Assembly (NCBI GenBank): GCA_964187785.1 | Contig: OZ076409.1 | Location: forward strand, 60,328,001 to 60,392,000 | Reading direction: 5' to 3' | Length of the DNA stretch: 64,000 bases | DNA from: Amphiscolops sp. MND2022 | Taxonomy: Eukaryota | Shown: positions 62,335 to 64,000 of the stretch, piece after piece | Layout of the letters: every line of letters starts with the position of its first letter | How positions within the stretch are numbered: the stretch's first letter is position 1 | Notes under the pieces: model-generated | What the model saw: only the letters and a program-made list of their open reading frames with translations | Database searches by the model: none | What the model was told of the DNA's origin: nothing | Translations under genes and position numbers: made by a program

Positions 62335-64000
62335 TAATAGTTCAATTGAATAAACTTCACCGAGTTTCATTAATGATCTGTCAGCACCCAAAGCTTGATT
62401 TTGTGAAACTGCACATCCCAACTCTAACCTCAACAATTAAAGCCAGCCCAAAGTGTATTCGAGGCTTCGAGGGCGAAGACTCGAAGAGCAATTATGCTCC
62501 TTCGTCCTTTTTGGATGGTAAAAGTGTAAGGCTATATGTACTTTTATGCATCTATTTGTATCATCCAAACAAATTAACTTCTCTTCCTTTTCTTTCTGTA
62601 TTGGAAAATTTGCTCCAAAATAACTTTTTATATTTTTGTTTTTCATCGAATATACCTTTCATGCACCATCCTTCCCACTTTCGATTTTATTTTCGTTTGT
62701 GCTTTCTTGTCCCGTTCTCTATTCCCCTTTTTAAAAATCTTGGCATCAATTGCAAATAATCCTCGACGTTTTCTTTAAATATTGATACCATCTGGATTTT
62801 CCATTGCAATCATCCGTCTTTTATTGTCAACCTCAAGCCAGAAATTCTGGCTCTATCCTATGCTTACCCAAATGACATCATGTTTCTGGGAAATCTGCTT
62901 TATTGAGCTTCAAACAAGTCATAGATGGCGGCAAAAATCCGCGACGCCTGCTGCTCTCGGAGTATTAAAAATTAAAATATGGTCCTTGATTCCGCCGCCT
63001 TCATTTTTTTCTAATGCGTCGTTCCGGGAATGTTTTGCCTTGAAAAAATTAAAATAGTTTTTCTTGAGAATGGTGCGCTACGAATTGATGGTGAGTCAAG
63101 CTATAGTGTTCAAGACATGTGAGAGGTAGTGCGAAAATTAAGAAGGGGGTGGTCCAAGTTGGCGCCCCGCTTGAGACGCAAAAAAGCTTTTAAAAAGTCC
63201 AGTTTATCCAAAAAGGTTCTCTGATTCTATTCGGTAAAAAACGCATGCCAGGTGAAAGCTGAATTGATTGAGTTCTCTCAAAAAAGATAGAGGTTAGCAA
63301 CTGTATAACAATATAGTATAATGTTCATACTGTAATTTTCGACAGTCTTTTTAAACAACATATCATTAAAAGCAGTTAATGAAAGCTCCTTGTGAACAAG
63401 TCATTAGTCTAGACAGTTATATGATTAAATCTCCTTTCGGATCGTTCCATGCCGCTATAAAAATGCCTACGATATTACTCCTTAAATAATTTAGGCACAA
63501 AAAGTATATTTAAATTATTTTCCAGAATAAACGAGAAAAAGTTGCACGAGGTGATTAATTTTTTTGAAAAACGTTCTTTGAAAAAAGTCTTTCGGATCAC
63601 AGTTGGAGCTTTTCTACGGTGGTGCGATATTTCAATATAAAAGGTAACTTTAAGATTATAATTTATGATTGCCTGATGCGATTTTAAACTCAGTCTAGGT
63701 GACTGCCGTTGTTTATTGGCTGGCTATCGCCACATTATTGCGACCACTGGGTTAGTTGCCTAGGGGTATATGTCTATGCTTCGAGGGTATATAATTGGGC
63801 GGACGCAGGTGAGGCTAATGGAAAGCCAATACAAGTAGGGGGAGGAACTTACAAAACAGGAGAAATCATTGCCGATAATCACAAGTCGTTCCAGGATCAA
63901 GAATTGTGGCGTCCTCTCAATTGCGAAATCAATTCACAATCGATATTAAAACCCAGCCAACAAGCTTCTATCTTACACTCTTATTTTACCCCCGTGCTGA

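Overview
AT-rich, repeat-dense invertebrate (metazoan) genomic DNA, not prokaryotic. The window lies inside one large + strand cadherin gene that looks like Dachsous (ds/DCHS). Three internal coding exons were found: 203-824, 45274-45367 and 60529-60761. The middle 94-bp exon is missed by the ORF track. Splice sites are GT-AG, intron phases are compatible, and the introns are about 44.4 kb and 15.2 kb. The introns hold many transposons. (1) A structurally complete hAT element (39330-41676, 22-bp TIRs, 8-bp TSD) has a transposase with a CGGBP1-like N-terminus. (2) A decayed relative of that hAT is partly caught in a 1,629-bp tandem duplication. (3) An IS630/Tc1/mariner element has 126-bp TIRs. 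(4) There is a 5'-truncated RTE-X-like LINE with one nonsense mutation, plus other LINE and probable LTR remnants. (5) There are several MITE families. (6) At least 12 copies of a non-autonomous element with DINE-1/Helentron-like ends are present; they nest into themselves and carry a tRNA-like A/B-box module. No rRNA, true tRNA or CRISPR array was seen. I see no clear novel multi-gene system; the best leads are transposon-related. All family assignments come from recalled motifs, not database searches.
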